64,000 nucleotides of DNA, taken from Chrysomallon squamiferum. Lineage: Eukaryota; Animalia; Mollusca. This document shows positions 13,233-30,207 of the stretch, in pieces (position 1 is the stretch's first letter; each line of letters starts with the position of its first letter). A program made the translations under genes and the position numbers. The stretch covers positions 39,928,001 to 39,992,000 of the forward strand of contig CM022665.1 of the NCBI GenBank assembly GCA_012295275.1, given 5' to 3'. The notes beneath the pieces are model-generated. The model had not been told where the DNA came from and searched no databases. It was given only the letters and a program-made list of their open reading frames with translations.

Positions 13233-14161
13233 CATTTTCTTCTTCGTATTTCTAGCCTTGGCTGCACACAATGGAGACATTGTATGCAAGGCTCAACTCT
13301 GACATAACACACAGTGTCTTTGTGCTGGCAAGGTGAACAAACCAGAATACAACGAGACATCTTGAAAACTGACAGATTAAGGCACGATTTTTTTGACACA
13401 GATATTACCAATCAAATGATAAAGTTTCCAATTTTCAATCCTACACAACATTGGACTGTTAATATTCATGTTTTCATAGTTACAGGAGCTGCACCTGTAA
13501 TGAAAATATATATGTATATGAAAGTCATAAGATAAATATTTGTATTAACATATATTACTTTTTCTTTCAATTTTGTTTATATATTTTTCACATCAAAATT
13601 TGCTTTAAAAAATAAAATAATAATACAAAAAATAAAAATAAATAAAATTCTTTAGTTTATATTTGTATGTCAAATATTTACATCACAAATTTGTTTGAAA
13701 TATGCCTTGCATCTCTGAATAATAATAATAATAATAAAATGATAACAAAATACAATTAATTATGAAATGTATATATCATTATAAATCATAAATGAGGTTA
13801 ACTGTTTTTTAATGAAATCACAATTGAGTGCTGGCTGCAGTGAGAATAATGTGCATGTAATTTTCTTACTAAAATATGCTGTCATATCTGTGGTTGGAAC
13901 GGGACGAAAGGAAACTTGGATGTTTATTCACCACTAGCACTAGCACTGAGTCGAGATTGAAACTACGATTCCTAATAAAAAATTATAAAATAAAAATAAG
14001 AAATCTGGACTTTATACTCATGGCATTTTATTATTTTTCTTTCAGAAACATTTACTGCTACAACGCGACTGTAGTATAGCTGTCAACAATGATTATGACG
14101 AATCAGAATTACCATGACTAATCAAAACTTATATGTAATCATGTTTCAAGGGCGCAGACAT
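13233..14161 (-). pseudogene. MTIF2: Apparent N-terminal (presequence) exons of MTIF2, disabled: 14133-14161, 13870-13971, 13233-13494
   Basis: The three segments chain in compatible phases (2,2,0) onto the 4553-4646 exon and read MSAPLKHDYM-NRSFNL...YDSIF*-CSSC...VP*SV...CQS*ALHTMSPLCAAKARNTKKKM. The first donor reads ATAAGT rather than GTAAGT, and there are three in-frame stops. Assignment to MTIF2 is inferred from position, phase and presequence-like composition. Confidence 0.55.
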
Positions 14162-14816
14162 GATGTTTTATTTTTATATATATTTCCTCCAATTTAGGAA
14201 TGCACCAGTGCAGCGCGAGCATTATACAAGTTCATGTTGTTTTCTTTGGTTATTAATGAATCGATTTTCTTATATATATGGAAATTAAAGGTAGCGACAA
14301 ACAAATGTTAATTTAAAATTAATGTGAACTTAATGTATTAATGGCCATTGAGCTGTTACTAGTTTTTTTTTTTCTGTAAAACTGTTTCTTGTTACTATTT
14401 TAATCTACTTCAAAAAATCAAATAAAATTTTATCTTTGACTGCCATTCACAGAATGGCGAAATGTCTTTTTTCTGGGTGGGGGGGTTACATTTTCTGTCT
14501 TCATTTAAAACAAAACTATAATTCTTGCTAATTTCTAATTTACTTAATCCAAAACACTACATTCTTAAGGTTACACATTAAAAACTAAAAAAAACAACGT
14601 TTTAACAGAAATATAGCAGAAAAAAAAAGGCCTACAAAAACTGTAAACTGCACCAAATAGAAAATATATCTGTGTTAAATTCCTTATTTATTTATTTATT
14701 TATTGTTTATGACTATTATGATAATTAGAAATAAGTGTATGTGAGAGAGAGAGAGTTTAGTTTATAAAAGCATAGATTACAGGATAGATACTATGAAGTG
14801 AGTTTTAGAAATATAT

Positions 14817-14935
<119 letters not shown>

Positions 14936-15189
14936 GCTTAGTTTATAAAAACTGACTGAGATTGGCACATAGAATACAGGCTAGATACTATGAAATAAGT
15001 ACTATGTGTGTCTGCATTGTCTGAGAAAGAGATGATGAAAATATCCAATAGGAAATGTTAGCATAAGTGTGAGCGTCTGTTTGTGTGTATATATATGTGT
15101 GTGTGTGCATGTATGGGCATGCATCTGTGTGTGTGTGTGTTCCTGTGACCGCAAGTGTGTGTGAGTTTGTATGCATTCATGTGACTGGG

Positions 15190-15240
<51 letters not shown>

Positions 15241-17327
15241 CATCTTTTGTGTACTTGTAACTGTGTGTGTTAGTGTCTGTTTTCATGTGATTGTGTTTTT
15301 AAGAAAGGTTGTATGCATAGATGAGCCTTTGTGTGGAAAGCTTTGTGTATATACTAACATTAGGAAGACAGAAAGTAGGTGAATTAATTCAAAATAGATT
15401 ATAATTCACAGGAATAGAAATGGAACAGAAGTATGATTTACTTGTATTAACTCTGCTTTTTGTGACAGTGTTAATATTAAGGCATTTGCTTTGTGACAAC
15501 AAACTTAGCAATACAACCATTCCAACCAGAGATCAAAGCCTGAATATCACAGGGTTTTGTATATTTTTTCCTGTCATGGGGAAGGTTAAGGTATAATACA
15601 TTCTGCAGCTAATCAGTACAAATGTTTAAGGCTCCATGCAATGATGCCAGTGGGTTTGCTCTCTAATATTATCAATCTGATATCCTTTAATGATGGAGTA
15701 TGTCGAGGTGCATACAGTCACAATTATTATTTTACGTTTATTTTATTTGGTTTTAATAGGTAAAATTATTACATGATCAGACAGTGATACACATCAGCCA
15801 GTCAGGGAGAACAGTGGAACAAGTTTCTCGTACTGACTAAATAATTATACATACAAACACAGAGAGTGTGAGTGAGAGCGTATACAGTTTACAAAGGGGG
15901 AAAAGATTAAAGGCTACTCAGCCTGGGTAGAGTCTTTGTTCATGTGACTCTGTGTGTGTGTGCTCATTTGGCTGTGTGTGGGTCAGGATTCATGTGAATG
16001 TGTGTTCAAATGTGTGTTCAGCTGTTTTATGAGCATAGATGAGCCTGTGAGTTTGTGTGGAAAGATTTACTAAATCAGTACATACATACACATTCAATAC
16101 AATCGTTTGGATTTCACAGGCAGAATCTGAAGTACGGATTGTTACACAAGATTAAAAATGAGAAGAAACTTTACAAAGGATAAATTTAACCATGATGTTT
16201 AATCAGTAGTAAACTGTAAAACTGTACAAAGTCATGCTGATAAAATTTCCATAGAAATATTAGAAGAAGAATAAATGTGGTGCAAATTACATAACAAACA
16301 GAGATGTAGTCTTAAAAGCGATTATTTGTTATTTTCAGCAAACCGTATGGAAGGTGTTTATGTCAAATGCTAGTCCGTTGTTTTCCTCATATGACCAAAC
16401 ACAAGGTGATAATTGTTGAATAAGATGCATTTCCCAGAAGCTACAGAATAATTTATAGCTAAAAGAGTAAGATGACAATTTGCCTAAATAAATAAAATAT
16501 CTAAACTGCACAGAGGTTTCTGAAGCGAAAAGTATTCACCAATATTTTCTTTCTTCCTGATTTTGTGCAGACATTTTTCGTCCGAAAATTAAAAATACTT
16601 TTAGAACGGAAACACGAAAATTTCAAAAACTAATCAGTGGGGGTTGGGGTTAAAAAAAAAAAAAAAAAAAAAAAAAGCACCAGGTCAGTAAACACATTTT
16701 CTTCCAGTAAACAGAAGAATTACAACAGTAGTTCTAAAGATGATGCACGTCTGACTAACTCTGGAAGATAATGACGGAAAGTACGACACAGTAGACAGAC
16801 GCTGAATCGCCGCCGGCTCTGCTGTATTAAGTTCCTTCAGTGTCACGTGGCACTAAGTCTATGGTTCAGTGAAAATACGTGATCATGTTAAAACTTCTGC
16901 TGTCATTACCGTCATGAAATTTTGGAAAAATTCCTCTTTTTTTTTTTTTTTTTTTTTTTGTTGTTGTTGTTTTTTATTTTTACATTATTATTCATCATAC
17001 GGTCTTAATAATTATGCGCAAGAACAAACAGAACAATATGAACAATTTGAACCGTTCTGATTTTTTTATTTGTTTATAGTTATTTTATTTTTTATTTCGA
17101 GATTATATGCATGTACATGTATCTCAACTAATTGAGAGTATTTGCTAACTTATTTAATGCGTTTTAATTCTCACGAATATTATAACAGTAAACCAGAATT
17201 TCGTTAAATATTATGGAATAAATAATATAATAATGGAATAAAATGAAAACAAAACAGTAACAATAACGCCACACATTTTCGAAAAGTTGTCTATTCCCGC
17301 CCGTCTTCGTCACCTTTCGCCGTTGCC

Positions 17328-19194
<1,867 letters not shown>

Positions 19195-20222
19195 TTTCAA
19201 ATAAAGAGAAACAAGCATAATGCAATGTTTTTTTTTTTCCTTTCTTTCTTTCTTTATTTATATTTTATTTTATTTTATTTTATTTTATTTTATTTTATTT
19301 TATTTTATTTTATTTTTTTTTTTTTTTTTTTTTTTTTATTATTATAGACTATATGAATGTAATAATTTAAATAATTTGCAAGCAGCTCGTAGTTAGGGAG
19401 GGTTCAAGACTGGCGAACTACATTTCAAGATGGTTCGAATCATACGTCCCAACAAAATAGGCTTTAAATAAATAAACAGAAAACTATTTGCACGGTGCGT
19501 ATCAATTTCTTAAATCCCGTGTGCATTTGAGCTTCAGTTTATTTTATTTCACTGAATAAAGAGGCTTATTTCATCTTCAGTCATCTTCGTAATTCTATAA
19601 TGTATGTTGCAAAACTTCAGTATATACTACTTTAAATAACCCCAAAGAGAAGTATTCCCCTCACACACACACACGCAGGCACGCACGCACAAACAGAGAT
19701 ATAAACGGACGATCGAGCAAAGACTCAGTGATTGGGTCAGTATGCACATTATGCCGATTAGCAGCTTAACATAAACTGGAAGGGAATTTAATAACAGATT
19801 TGAGTACATTTGTAACATCTCTCAGACACACAGACACCATTACCCACAAAGTACAGCGCAGAAATAAATAACAAAACAATGACACTGTTGTATTCAGAAT
19901 TGAAGGAAAAGTCGACCGAAAGTATTGAACGTAACAGATCCTTCACCGTAGAAGTCATTAAAATATTTCTAGATGTTTTTTTTCTAGGTGTAAACTTGTA
20001 CTTTTTATAATAAAGTTGCAGATTTTAACATTTTCATTTCAATGCTTTGAACTTATTAATAGTATGTAGAGCTTTTAAAATAAGTTTTTCTGTTATTCTA
20101 GTATTTGGGCCAAAGCATAGGTAATAAAAGATATTTTAAAGAGTGTCATCATTTAAAAAATGTCTACCAAATTTTAAGACTTTATTAATTTTAGCACCAA
20201 AAATAAATTTACAATAATATAA

Positions 20223-20280
<58 letters not shown>

Positions 20281-20417
20281 TTTATTTTATTTTATTTTAT
20301 TTTTTTTAGTTTTTTATAATGTTTTTGAAAAATATATTAATAACTATGACATTTATTTTGCATACAATCCCAGTTTACAAGTAATATTTAAATCATTACC
20401 AAAATTTAAAGCAAGAT

Positions 20418-20449
<32 letters not shown>

Positions 20450-20633
20450 TTCATTTATTTATATATTTTTCTATTTGAAGGGTTATATATATTTTACTGT
20501 TACCAATTTGACATTTATTTATTTTTTTTCTTAACCTTTCTCAGATAAAAACGTGCTGATTTCATATCATTTTTAAGTTATGTTTATTTATTTGTTAATA
20601 AAATATTATTATTCTAAAGATTTTAAAAGATAA

Positions 20634-20696
<63 letters not shown>

Positions 20697-21267
20697 TAAA
20701 GTAATTAAAACTGTCATAGTAGTAAGTGTTCCTGTTATTATTATTTTAAAACATTTAATATATTTTCTCAAGACCTATAATTTTAACTCGTTTGCCTTGA
20801 CAAAACCCGTGAATGGAAAAAGCCAAGAAAGAATGAGTCCTCAGAATACTAACCATTTTAAAAGATCTAGATATACGTGGTAATTGATTTTTTACTTCGT
20901 AATATGAATTAAACTCATACAATCAAGTTTGCACTTTTGCGTAATAGACCCAAGAGGCGGATTCAAACTTTAGGTAAGGAGGGGATTTCCAAAGCAATAT
21001 GTAAACGTTTATAATTTGAAACATGAGACAGAGTGAGACTGAGTGAGTGAGTGTTTGTTGTGAACTGTTTCAAACTGATGCGTACATCAGTGCTACTTAA
21101 TACAGTCACTTGCCTTCGTTCACACTGAGCAGCATGTGCGCCTGCAATGTCGTCATACGTTGTCCTCAGTTTCAAAACGAATGCAACAAAGACTGTACGC
21201 ACATCAACTTCAGTGTCACTTGTGCAACTACAGGAGGGGAAGCGAGCATATATATATGTCTGTGGAC

Positions 21268-21498
21268 CAATGGCGTGCAAAGGTCTGGTGATGCCAACTC
21301 CTTGACTGTATGCCCTAAAATCTCAAGTATAAGGCAGGTATTTTGAATATATAAACACAGATGAAACATAAAATAAACACTTTATTCGATTTAAATATAA
21401 ATCAACCAAATTTATTAAGTTCTTTTCTCTGATTGGATGCCCCTCCCATCTGGGTGCCTAGGGCCACCGCCCTTTCGGCCTCACTCTACACACCACTG
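21268..21498. mobile_element. hAT-type MITE, 231 bp, with 8-bp target-site duplication
   Basis: Perfect TSD CTGTGGAC at 21260-21267 and 21499-21506; imperfect TIRs CAATGGCGTGCA / TACACACCACTG. Confidence 0.8.
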
Positions 21499-21554
21499 CT
21501 GTGGACATCAGTTGTTATTATAATTATTATTATTATTATTTATTTATTTATTAC

Positions 21555-21609
<55 letters not shown>

Positions 21610-21610
21610 C

Positions 21611-21661
<51 letters not shown>

Positions 21662-21789
21662 TTGCTTGGGAGGCTGTTTGTGCGACTGGGAAATCCCCCT
21701 GAATCCGCCCCTGGACCCGGAATATTTCTCAGTGATTATAACATCGATATTCAGTGTGATAGATGACGAGATCAAGCTTTCACACCGGT

Positions 21790-22050
21790 CCCTTTTAGGC
21801 TATGTTCCATTACAACCACTGCTCCATTACAATGGTTTGCAAAAGGCTGTGGCAAGTCTTTTATCTCTATGGTAACACGCAGAGAAAAGATTCCTCGCTG
21901 CTAACTGGTCAGAGTAACCCGTGGATGGTGTTGCCGCTTTCCTGTTTTCTTCATTATAAAAGAAAAAGATAAACGACTGACAGATAATAACCGTTAGCCG
22001 TTAACGTTAAAATGTGTAAATATGTTGTGTTTTGTTACGCAAACATTCAT
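21790..22050 (+). mobile_element. Old tRNA-derived SINE relic (same family as 38312-38630)
   Basis: Shares the degenerate core 'aaaggctgtgg...atct...aaaagattcctcgctgctaa' and 3' tail with the 38.3 kb copy; boundaries approximate. Confidence 0.5.
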
Positions 22051-23511
22051 TTTCAACAATAATTAATAAACATTCTCAGCAGTAGACGATGTGTAGTATT
22101 CAGTAACTTATAAGACGATGGTGTTTGATATTTGTTAGGAGCCACAACAAAATAAAGTCTTGTAAATCGGAAAGTAGCCAGATTTACTTAAAGCATGAGG
22201 GGCCTTGGTCTACTTACCCCCTCCACGATATTCATACCCCCTTTGGCATAACAGCCTACCAAGTTCGGAAAACTTATTCATTAGCATAATTATTTCATAA
22301 AACAAGTGGAACTGAATTTAATTGTTTGTTCTGCCTGGCAGGATTCATTGGTCATCGATATCAGCGAGTTCAGAAAATTTTTGTTCTTAATACGTCATAA
22401 TTAAATTGTCCTCATTTGGGTCGTGTGCCTCATGTTAGAAACACCGACCTGAAGTGTTCATCGTAAACGACCTGCTGCATTCTTGCTGTATTAAAACTAA
22501 CGAACAACGTTTTCAAGACCATAATACAGTGTTCTGAAAGAAAGGAGAGGAAAGCCTTCTGCTGGAGTTACATCATAATTCATTTTGCGTCTACGGAAAG
22601 ATGGATTTTTGAATGCCTTTGCCATAGGCCGCAGGAGAAAAGCAAGTCGCTGAAAATGTATTATTACCTTCAAAGCCAGAATTACCTAATTAGGTTACTG
22701 TCGGGAATATTCGGTTTCACGTGAAAGTCTAGCAGGCAGAAAGAAGACAAAATTGGCACATTATATCTAAATAGGTCACTAGCTTATAAGAAACTGAAAA
22801 ATCACTTTCCACGTTGAAAGTATTTGCTAGGGTCTGGTCCAGAATTTCTGAAAATGTGGTGTTATTCTGTTGAGTGTAACTTTCATTATTTATTCCTGGA
22901 TAGGTAATAATACAGACACTATTTTTACAAACACACACAAAGAAACAGTTGCAATCAAAACAAGAAAATCTTAAGGGAAAAGTTACACTTTAATGAATAA
23001 TAAAACTTTACGTAGAATACAGCAGAGTCGTTGCATTTGTACTGAGTGCTTAGCCCGTAAGCAATTACAAATTACACTTGTATTACTCTACGCTAGAAAA
23101 AATACTCACCAGCAGAAAAAAAGGATGCGTGTGCGTGCGTGTTTTAATGTGCGTGTTTAATATTTAAAACGGAGAAAATGACGGAAATAGGTACACAGAT
23201 AAAATGAAAGAAACGGACTCTTACTGAACCTGTTATCGCTAGAAATGAATGTTTTAAATTGTAGGTCATGAAGCAATGAAATGTCAAAATTATTCTAATC
23301 GAATGAATTTGATCATTACGTTGCTGTCGAAATTGGCTAAAAGAATAACTATGAGGGATATTTGCTGAAGTGTTACTGATCATATTTACCTAAGCCTGCA
23401 GCCATTGGCAGAATTTACGAAAGCAGACGAAAAATTACGTTATTATTACGATGAAGTCTTTCGACCAGTAAACATGAAAATCGTATAAACTTCCTGTATA
23501 AGTGCAAACCG

Positions 23512-23638
<127 letters not shown>

Positions 23639-23789
23639 TGAAGAAAGAAAGAAAGAAGGAACAAAATAAAAATAAAAATAATAATAAAAATCCCCGTCTT
23701 TCCTCAAAGTTAAGATGTTAATGAATCAAAACTTTTACGTGAATCATTTACAGTAAAAAAACAAAAACAAAAAATGAAAAGAAAAGAAA

Positions 23790-23872
<83 letters not shown>

Positions 23873-26050
23873 GGACGGATGGATCTATTTTGAAACTATT
23901 TCATTATCCATCTACTCGCGGACATGGACATACAGTTCCGCTGATGCAGTTCACTTAGAAAAGTGTTTCTTATATATATATATATATATTTTTAAAAAAA
24001 CAAAAAAAAACCCAAAAGAAATTAAAAAAAAAAAAGAAAGAAAGAAAAAAAAAAAAGAAAAAAAAGAAAGAAAACAAATAGAGTTGTGCTTAATACTCGA
24101 TGAAAACCCCCCACAAAAACTAACATTTACAAATTACCTGCTTTGTCAGAACTCTTTTGTGAGTACTAGCCTCTGTAACTAATCATCTAAGAAACTGATA
24201 TTTTCATTTGTGCCGATAAAAAGCCGTACCTTAACCTTTAGTCAATGTAAGAATGTTTTGTAATCCTCGATATGAAGTTCGTCTGCAATAAATGTTCTTT
24301 TAAATCCTTTATTATTATTATTTATTTATTATTCTTATTAAATATTTTGTATACTGAACATTTATAACTGAATTTTATGTACGTACGTACGTATGTGTGC
24401 ATGTATGTATCTTTGTATTTGGTTTTATTTGTTTGATTGATTGTTTATTTCTTTATTTCTTTGATTTGTTTGTATTTATTTACTTTTGTAAAGGAACACT
24501 GAATAACTGTAAAAAAAGAAACGCCACAAAATGAAAAGGAATGGAAACTAGATGAGGACATAACGGTTACACATACGTTTAAAACAATACAAATGTAGAA
24601 TTGTTGTTGTTGTTGTTGTTGTTTTTATAACAGGTTAAACCTGGTTGCCATTCCATTACAGACTTTAATCAATTAGCAACAAAAGATTGTTGAAATGCAC
24701 CGTCTCCTAAACATGGAAAACAATTCGCGGTTTTCATTGGTTATTGGCTAAAACGGAAAACAGCACAACAGCGCCCTGAAGAGCACCGATTCTGAACCTC
24801 AATTCAAAAAGTTCCTGCACTCGCCTGTGTTATCCTAACAGTAGCTGCATTTAGAAGTATTAGTATTATAAGTAGCAGTAGTAGTCGTCTTAGCAGCAGC
24901 ACTAGTCCTAGTGGTGACGGTGTTAATGATAATAACAGTAATACTACACAACAAAAGGTAAACGTATTTTCCACACACGTGCACCAACACTCGTTCATAA
25001 ACAAGTGTTAACAAAACATTGAAGCCAGATAATAGACACTGATATTTTTCCTTTTAAATCGTTTTTCATTTACTCTAAGTGGTTTGAAGAATTCTCCATT
25101 GTGAATGCGCCAACTGAAAATAGCGTTATTTTTCTATTTTCTGCATGTTGATTTTCGAAAACAAAATATTTTTCCTTCGGTATCGACCACTAGCGTATTA
25201 AGACGAGTGACTGAAAAACATTAAGAATGAAAAACCTGAGTATTCTCGAATTATTTTGGAGATGTTAATAAAGCTGAGGAGCGTCTCATAATGATCGTGG
25301 AAAACCACTGATAGCATTTTCTCGCGCCATTAATATCTTGACGATCTTCCGAACAGAAATCTTGTAAACACGATTATACAATGAAGCTGCCATGTTCTCG
25401 AAAAGCAAACAGTGGTAATTTTGTTCTCGTATTTTCGAAAGCAAGTATAATTATTTAGTCTGGTGCTTGTTATTTTAACAAAAGCGATTTAAAAATCTTG
25501 TCCTGGTGTAGTCATTGCTGTCAGGCGTTGGTTTTTGACAATCTCAAAACTGATTGGTTAAAAATTAGTCTCGATAAATGAATAGTTTTGTTTATAGCGT
25601 ATTTATTTATTTTTTTTTTTTTTTTTTTGTCTGCTTTCCGCCAAGTTTTCTGAAAATAAAGTTATTCTAGACTTGTAAATAGGTATCTGTTTTGTCGTTT
25701 AACAATGGTGTCAGATTTTTAAGGAAGGTGAAGGTATGTTAAGTGTATTGCCCTCCTGTACAATACATATTTAATGAAAACATACCTACCTACCATCCTA
25801 GATACATAGAAAATGCATACTGAAATATACACAGACATAACTGTATATTATATATATCGATATCCGTTTGCATGTGCATGCATAGGCAGAAATATACATA
25901 TACACAGGCCTACGAACACACACGCATACATACACACAATCACGCAATTGTGTGTGTATGTGTGTGTTATAACATGCAAACAAAAAATATGAAAAGTAGG
26001 ATATTTGAATGTTCTCTGTTTCTCAAGAAATACTATTGTTCTTGTTGTTG

Positions 26051-26086
<36 letters not shown>

Positions 26087-28108
26087 TATTTTTTTTTTTT
26101 TTTTTTTTTTTTTTTGTATTTCTTTCTTTTTCCCCCGCATCTCAACCAAGAAACAGAAAACGAACATAAATAACGAAATTATTTGTAAAAGATTTCCTCT
26201 ATCATGAATAGTGAAAAAGCGGTCTCAGATCAATCGATTATTTCCGAACAGAGAAGCAGTAATACAGAGAACAGAGCAATACAAATTACCTAATTTCCAT
26301 TAAATTCACAAAGGATATGACAAGTCGTATATTAACTAACTACTGTCTATCTGCTGTAAAGCTTCATTTAACCGTTAAATTTTAACGGATAATAAAAGAA
26401 CGAATTAGGAAAGGGTATTGACCTATTTGTTGTTGCGTCATGATTGTGTCTGTAAGTTTGAAATTGGTGGAATTTTAAATTTCTAATGTGTTAATTGTAT
26501 CTGAGAGTCATATACATATGATATGACGTACTGCCAACAGTCCGATAGGATTTTATATCTTAAAAAAAAATAAAATTTACATTAAAATAGTAATTCTTTT
26601 TCTTTTTTTTATTATTATTATTTTTTTTAAAAATAATTTTTAATTCTTATTTTTTTTTTTTTTTTTGATTATTAATTTTCATTCTGAAATTGTCCAAAAA
26701 TATTTTTGCATTGCAGATGGTTTAATATTGTCAGAATAGAAAGTTTTATATGTTACCCAACAATGAGAATGAAAGTTAAAATCAAAGATAAACAAGAAAG
26801 AATGAAAATCATCGTATTTGCCTTATGGGGAGACAAGTGATTTAATCAGATTTTGTTCTGAGGAAAAACATGGCGTGAAAGAAAGTTACGCATTTTGCAC
26901 ATAATATTTGACTGGTCGGCAATTTTTATTTTTTTTTTTTTTTGTTAATAAAGCTAAGACAAAAAAAAAAAAAAAAAAAAAAAGAACAATATAGTTTTTG
27001 TACAGCTGCACTGTTGTTTATTTATTACAAATCAGTAATTTTGCATTATTAAAGTGAAGTGCAACACTCAAAACTCGTTATTAGTGGATATGAACGTTGG
27101 GAGGGTAGAGCACGTTATTTTCTTACTAAGTTATCATTTTTCTTTTGACATTTTGTCCCCGAGGCAATCGCCCATGTGGCCCCTCCCACTCACTCTACCC
27201 GACAAAACTTTTGTCTTTTTTAATAATAATAATAATAATAATAATAATAGCCTAAATAATAATAATAATATCAACAATATAATCACCAATGACGAAACAT
27301 CTAAAAGGTTCCTGGTTGTGTGTTGCATGGTCTCCCAGTGGAGTTCCTACATAGCAGAGGTTATGAGGTCATTAAGACGTAATACGTCATACTGCTATGT
27401 AATAGGTTTTGGTCTAAGGAGATTTCCGGAGTTACCATTGACATTCATTTAGCGGAATAATGAACTTGTTTTATCAGAGAGTGTCCCAGAATAATGACAA
27501 GTTTTTTTTTCTCTCTCTCTCTTTTTATTTTTTATTTTTTTACCTTTTTTTTTTTTTATCGGTAGATTTAAAAAAAATATATATAAAATAAAAAAAATTA
27601 ATTTTATGACAGTGTGCATGTCCATTATGCTTTCAAAAAATATAAAAAAATAAAATAAAAAGGAGAGAAAAAGGAAAAAAGGATTCAGACAAAAATGTAC
27701 ATGCAGGCAATGACGACTCGACAACATTTATTAGATGAATTCATATGCATGCACGCACGCAAAAACAGAAATGGAGAAATATGTATATGTTTATCTGTAG
27801 TTGCTCGCTTATTCTTACATACTACTTCTATCTTAACTTTTTACTTGCTTCATTTTTCATTTTATTTGTGCGATTATTGTGTGGGTGTACATAATGTGAA
27901 GCATAATGTACTGACTTCAGTTTGATAAAGAATCTTTTTCTTGTATCTTTTTAAACTTCAGAATGCAAATGAATATAATTATTCAGACTCTTCACTTTAT
28001 AAAACAGAAAACGAAAATCTATAAATTATGTCAGTCGGTATTGTTTATTCTTTGCTGTTGTTTATGATGGTAGTTTTAAGGTGTACTAATGTTGGGATGA
28101 TACTGAAA

Positions 28109-28157
<49 letters not shown>

Positions 28158-28398
28158 TAGTAATAATAAAACATTTAAAAAAAAATAATAGAGGGGGGAT
28201 TCTTCTTTTCAAAATGGAGTACTCAAGAACATGATATATTCAAACATGACTGTATAAATATTTTAACAAAATTAACTTATAACAATAGTAGATATTAAAC
28301 CATCAAAAAAATAACAAAACAACAAAAACAATATCAACAACAACAACAACAATATATATATATACATACATATTATTTTTCTATATTTCTTACTTTTA

Positions 28399-28443
<45 letters not shown>

Positions 28444-29485
28444 GTATGTAAGTTCAACGTATCATTTTGGGATTTATTTCTATACTGCATCGCGGATTAC
28501 CGTCTTCTTAGACACGGTCAGCTTAAAGGAAGCTCGAGATTGAAGGCTCTGGAATAAAACGTATCTTCAGCAGTAATTCGAGTACTGTTATTTATTATTT
28601 CGGACGCTTGGAATGCCATTCCATACTGAAGCTACATGCAGAATGCAGTGTCTGGCTCCAGATTGTTTTGTTCTATCGCCATAACTCGATTCTCACAAAT
28701 TATGTAATTATTTTCTCTAATTTTTCTGTCTTGTTTCATCAGTTGTTTGGCTTGGAAGAAAAGCATTTGTGGCCTCGTGAAGCGTTCTGGGAAGGAAGTC
28801 ACGTGAGACAACGTGGATGACGTAATTATCGGTGCTTTAGGTTGCTGTTTTGTCATTGGTATTTGTGTTCCCGATTTCATTATTTCGTTTGTTGTTAATG
28901 CTGTGTTGTTGTTGTTTTTTTGTTGTTTTTTTAATTGTTTGTTTGGTTGGTTTATTTATTTGTTTGTTTGTTTGTTTGTTTATTGTCGTCGTCACTGTTA
29001 ATTCTTGTTATTAATATTGCTATTGATGTTGTTACAGTTGCTGTTGTTGTTCCTAGAGGAATTAATAACGAAAATTACTCACAAACACGTGTGTGCGTGT
29101 GCGTGTCTGTGTGTGTGTGAGTGTGTGTGTGTGTGTCTCTCAGTTTCGGATTTCTTAACATTTCATTTTAAAATTTATATCTTTTCTTTTTTTTTTTCTT
29201 TTTTTTTTTTTTTTTAATTTACTAAATTTTCTAGTAATTAAATAATAATAAGCTGTAGTAATACACATGTTTCAGTAAAATTTAATCTGAAAAAAAAGAT
29301 TTTCTCTCTCATTTCTTCTCTGCGCCTGTCTGTTTCCGTCTGTCTCTCCTTCTGTTTGTTCTTTAATTAATTCTCCGTTTGTAGTAAATTGTTTTGCCTC
29401 TGTTTTGTCTTGTTTTATTTATTTAATGTTATTTTCTTCCATATGTTTTCATGTTAATAATCATTGCAAACCTTATGTTGAGAAG

Positions 29486-29552
<67 letters not shown>

Positions 29553-30207
29553 AAATAAACAAACAAACAAACAAACAAACAAAAAGAACAACAAATTTTG
29601 TGCGACTATGTTTTCTTATTATGAATTCCCGATTGAAGCGTTCTTCGCAAATTTAAGAGCAACAACAAACCCAAGGATTAAAAAAAAAAAAAAAGTAAAT
29701 ACAACAAAAATAAAAATAAGGGGTAAAAAAAAAAAAAGCAACAAAACAAGAGACAGAAAATAAAAAGAAGACGTTTTTACATGGAGTTTTCCGACTGGTT
29801 TAAATTAAGAGTTAATTTTTGGAGACATTTACAAAGAACACTTTTCGTAAATTTCATTACGTAATTTTAATCTCATAAAGATCATCTGTTTCTTGACATT
29901 TAATCATGTCTTCCGGCGTGTCTCTCAGTAAACAGATACTGTCACATTTCAGCTAAACTGAAGATTGACGAACAACGGCAAATACAATATAGTTATTGTC
30001 ATGAATTGATAATCACATAAAACTGTGATCATTAAGGTTTCTGAAGAATGACATCGGAATAAACAATGAAAAAAAAAAAAAAAAAAAATAATAATAATAA
30101 TAATAAATAAGAGAAGAGAGAAAAAAAAACAATTAAAATAAATATATTAAAAACTGCTGACGTTTCTCAGGCACTTTCGTTAAGTAGGCCTATATTAATG
30201 AACCGCA

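Noticed and set aside
13229-13411. Cys-rich ORF (MVISVSKKSC...RRRKW) as the MTIF2 upstream exon or a metallothionein-like peptide
   Set aside because: It ends in phase 2 at the donor, incompatible with the phase-0 exon at 4646; it is an alternative frame of the disabled exon.
24735-24790. Promoter-like patch with two ATTGG boxes and REST-like half sites (CAGCAC...ACAGCGCC)
   Set aside because: Spacing does not fit RE1, and no associated exon or gene was found.
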